Part shown: positions 53,155 through 53,269 of the stretch, one piece after another
Layout of the letters: the number at the start of each line of letters is the position of its first letter
Numbering within the stretch: position 1 is the stretch's first letter
NCBI GenBank assembly: GCA_041739935.1
Contig: JBGSMX010000007.1
Location: 1 to 53,269, forward strand
Reading direction: 5' to 3'
Length of the DNA: 53,269 bases
DNA from: Coriobacteriia bacterium
GTDB lineage: Bacteria > Actinomycetota > Coriobacteriia > Anaerosomatales > JAGXFU01
Program-made: the position numbers and the translations under genes
Notes under the pieces: model-generated
What the model saw: only the letters and a program-made list of their open reading frames with translations
Database searches by the model: none
Told to the model about the DNA's origin: nothing

Positions 53155-53269
53155 TCAGCGTTCGCCCAGCACAGTCGCGAGCATCGCCTCGTGCAGGACC
53201 GGGTTCGCCGCGACTATCCCGCCTGCTGCGGGCGACCACGGTGAGCCCTCGACCCCCGTGACGCGCGCG
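53155..53269 (-). CDS. 3' end of an unidentified minus-strand gene entering from beyond the window
   Basis: An open minus-strand frame ends ...GSPWSPAAGGIVAANPVLHEAMLATVLGER with stop TGA at 53157..53155. G/C-rich third positions are present. There is too little sequence to name it. Confidence 0.3.
   Translation of the reverse strand, partial: ARVTGVEGSPWSPAAGGIVAANPVLHEAMLATVLGER

Overview
GC-rich, gene-dense bacterial chromosomal window with strong G/C at third codon positions. The gene content looks like a high-GC Gram-positive (hemE-hemH-hemY order, CcdA, DegV, XseAB, UgtP-like GT28), but the taxon cannot be fixed from sequence alone. I support about 50 CDS, 3 tRNA genes (Cys-GCA, Gly-GCC, Val-GAC), one partial IS481-family element at the left edge, several intrinsic-terminator hairpins and a set of promoter/operator motifs. 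Many long ORFs in the six-frame track are antisense shadows typical of GC-rich DNA.

Content by region:
- 0.8-8.8 kb: a sensor PP2C phosphatase, a pair of radical-SAM proteins, an aminotransferase, a PHP phosphoesterase and a membrane-anchored ferrochelatase paralog.
- 8.8-23 kb: a metal/thiol-homeostasis region. It holds trxA, an FmdB zinc ribbon, DUF302, a tandem-domain CsoR-family repressor, CDF and EamA transporters, an rpoN-histidine kinase-sigma-54 activator operon, then a zinc-ribbon membrane protein, a DsbD_2-cupredoxin fusion, CopZ, a cupredoxin protein, CopA and CcdA.
- 23-27 kb: a partner-switching module (giant Cache/HAMP/GAF/PP2C phosphatase plus a fused STAS-kinase).
- 27-35 kb: lipid/envelope enzymes and a UbiD-UbiA-UbiX (futalosine-type) block.
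- 35-45 kb: tRNAs, a lipoprotein cytochrome c, a lipid kinase, RNase D, XseAB, HIT, DegV and a RACo-like protein.
- 45-53 kb: acs and hemE-hemH-hemY-hemY.

Most notable signals:
1. A physically self-contained sigma-54 circuit. Two near-identical consensus -24/-12 promoters (TGGCACATCG-N-TTGCA type) sit directly in front of the copper-handling genes.
2. Three ATACCCC-N2-3-GGGGTAT operators, each placed identically inside the 17-nt spacer/-10 of a sigma-70-type promoter. They front trxA, the repressor gene itself and ccdA.
3. The repressor is a fused double CsoR-family domain whose ligand fingerprint is x-C-S-C in both halves. That is CstR-like rather than Cu-CsoR-like.

No CRISPR array, rRNA or recognisable phage/defence gene set was seen.
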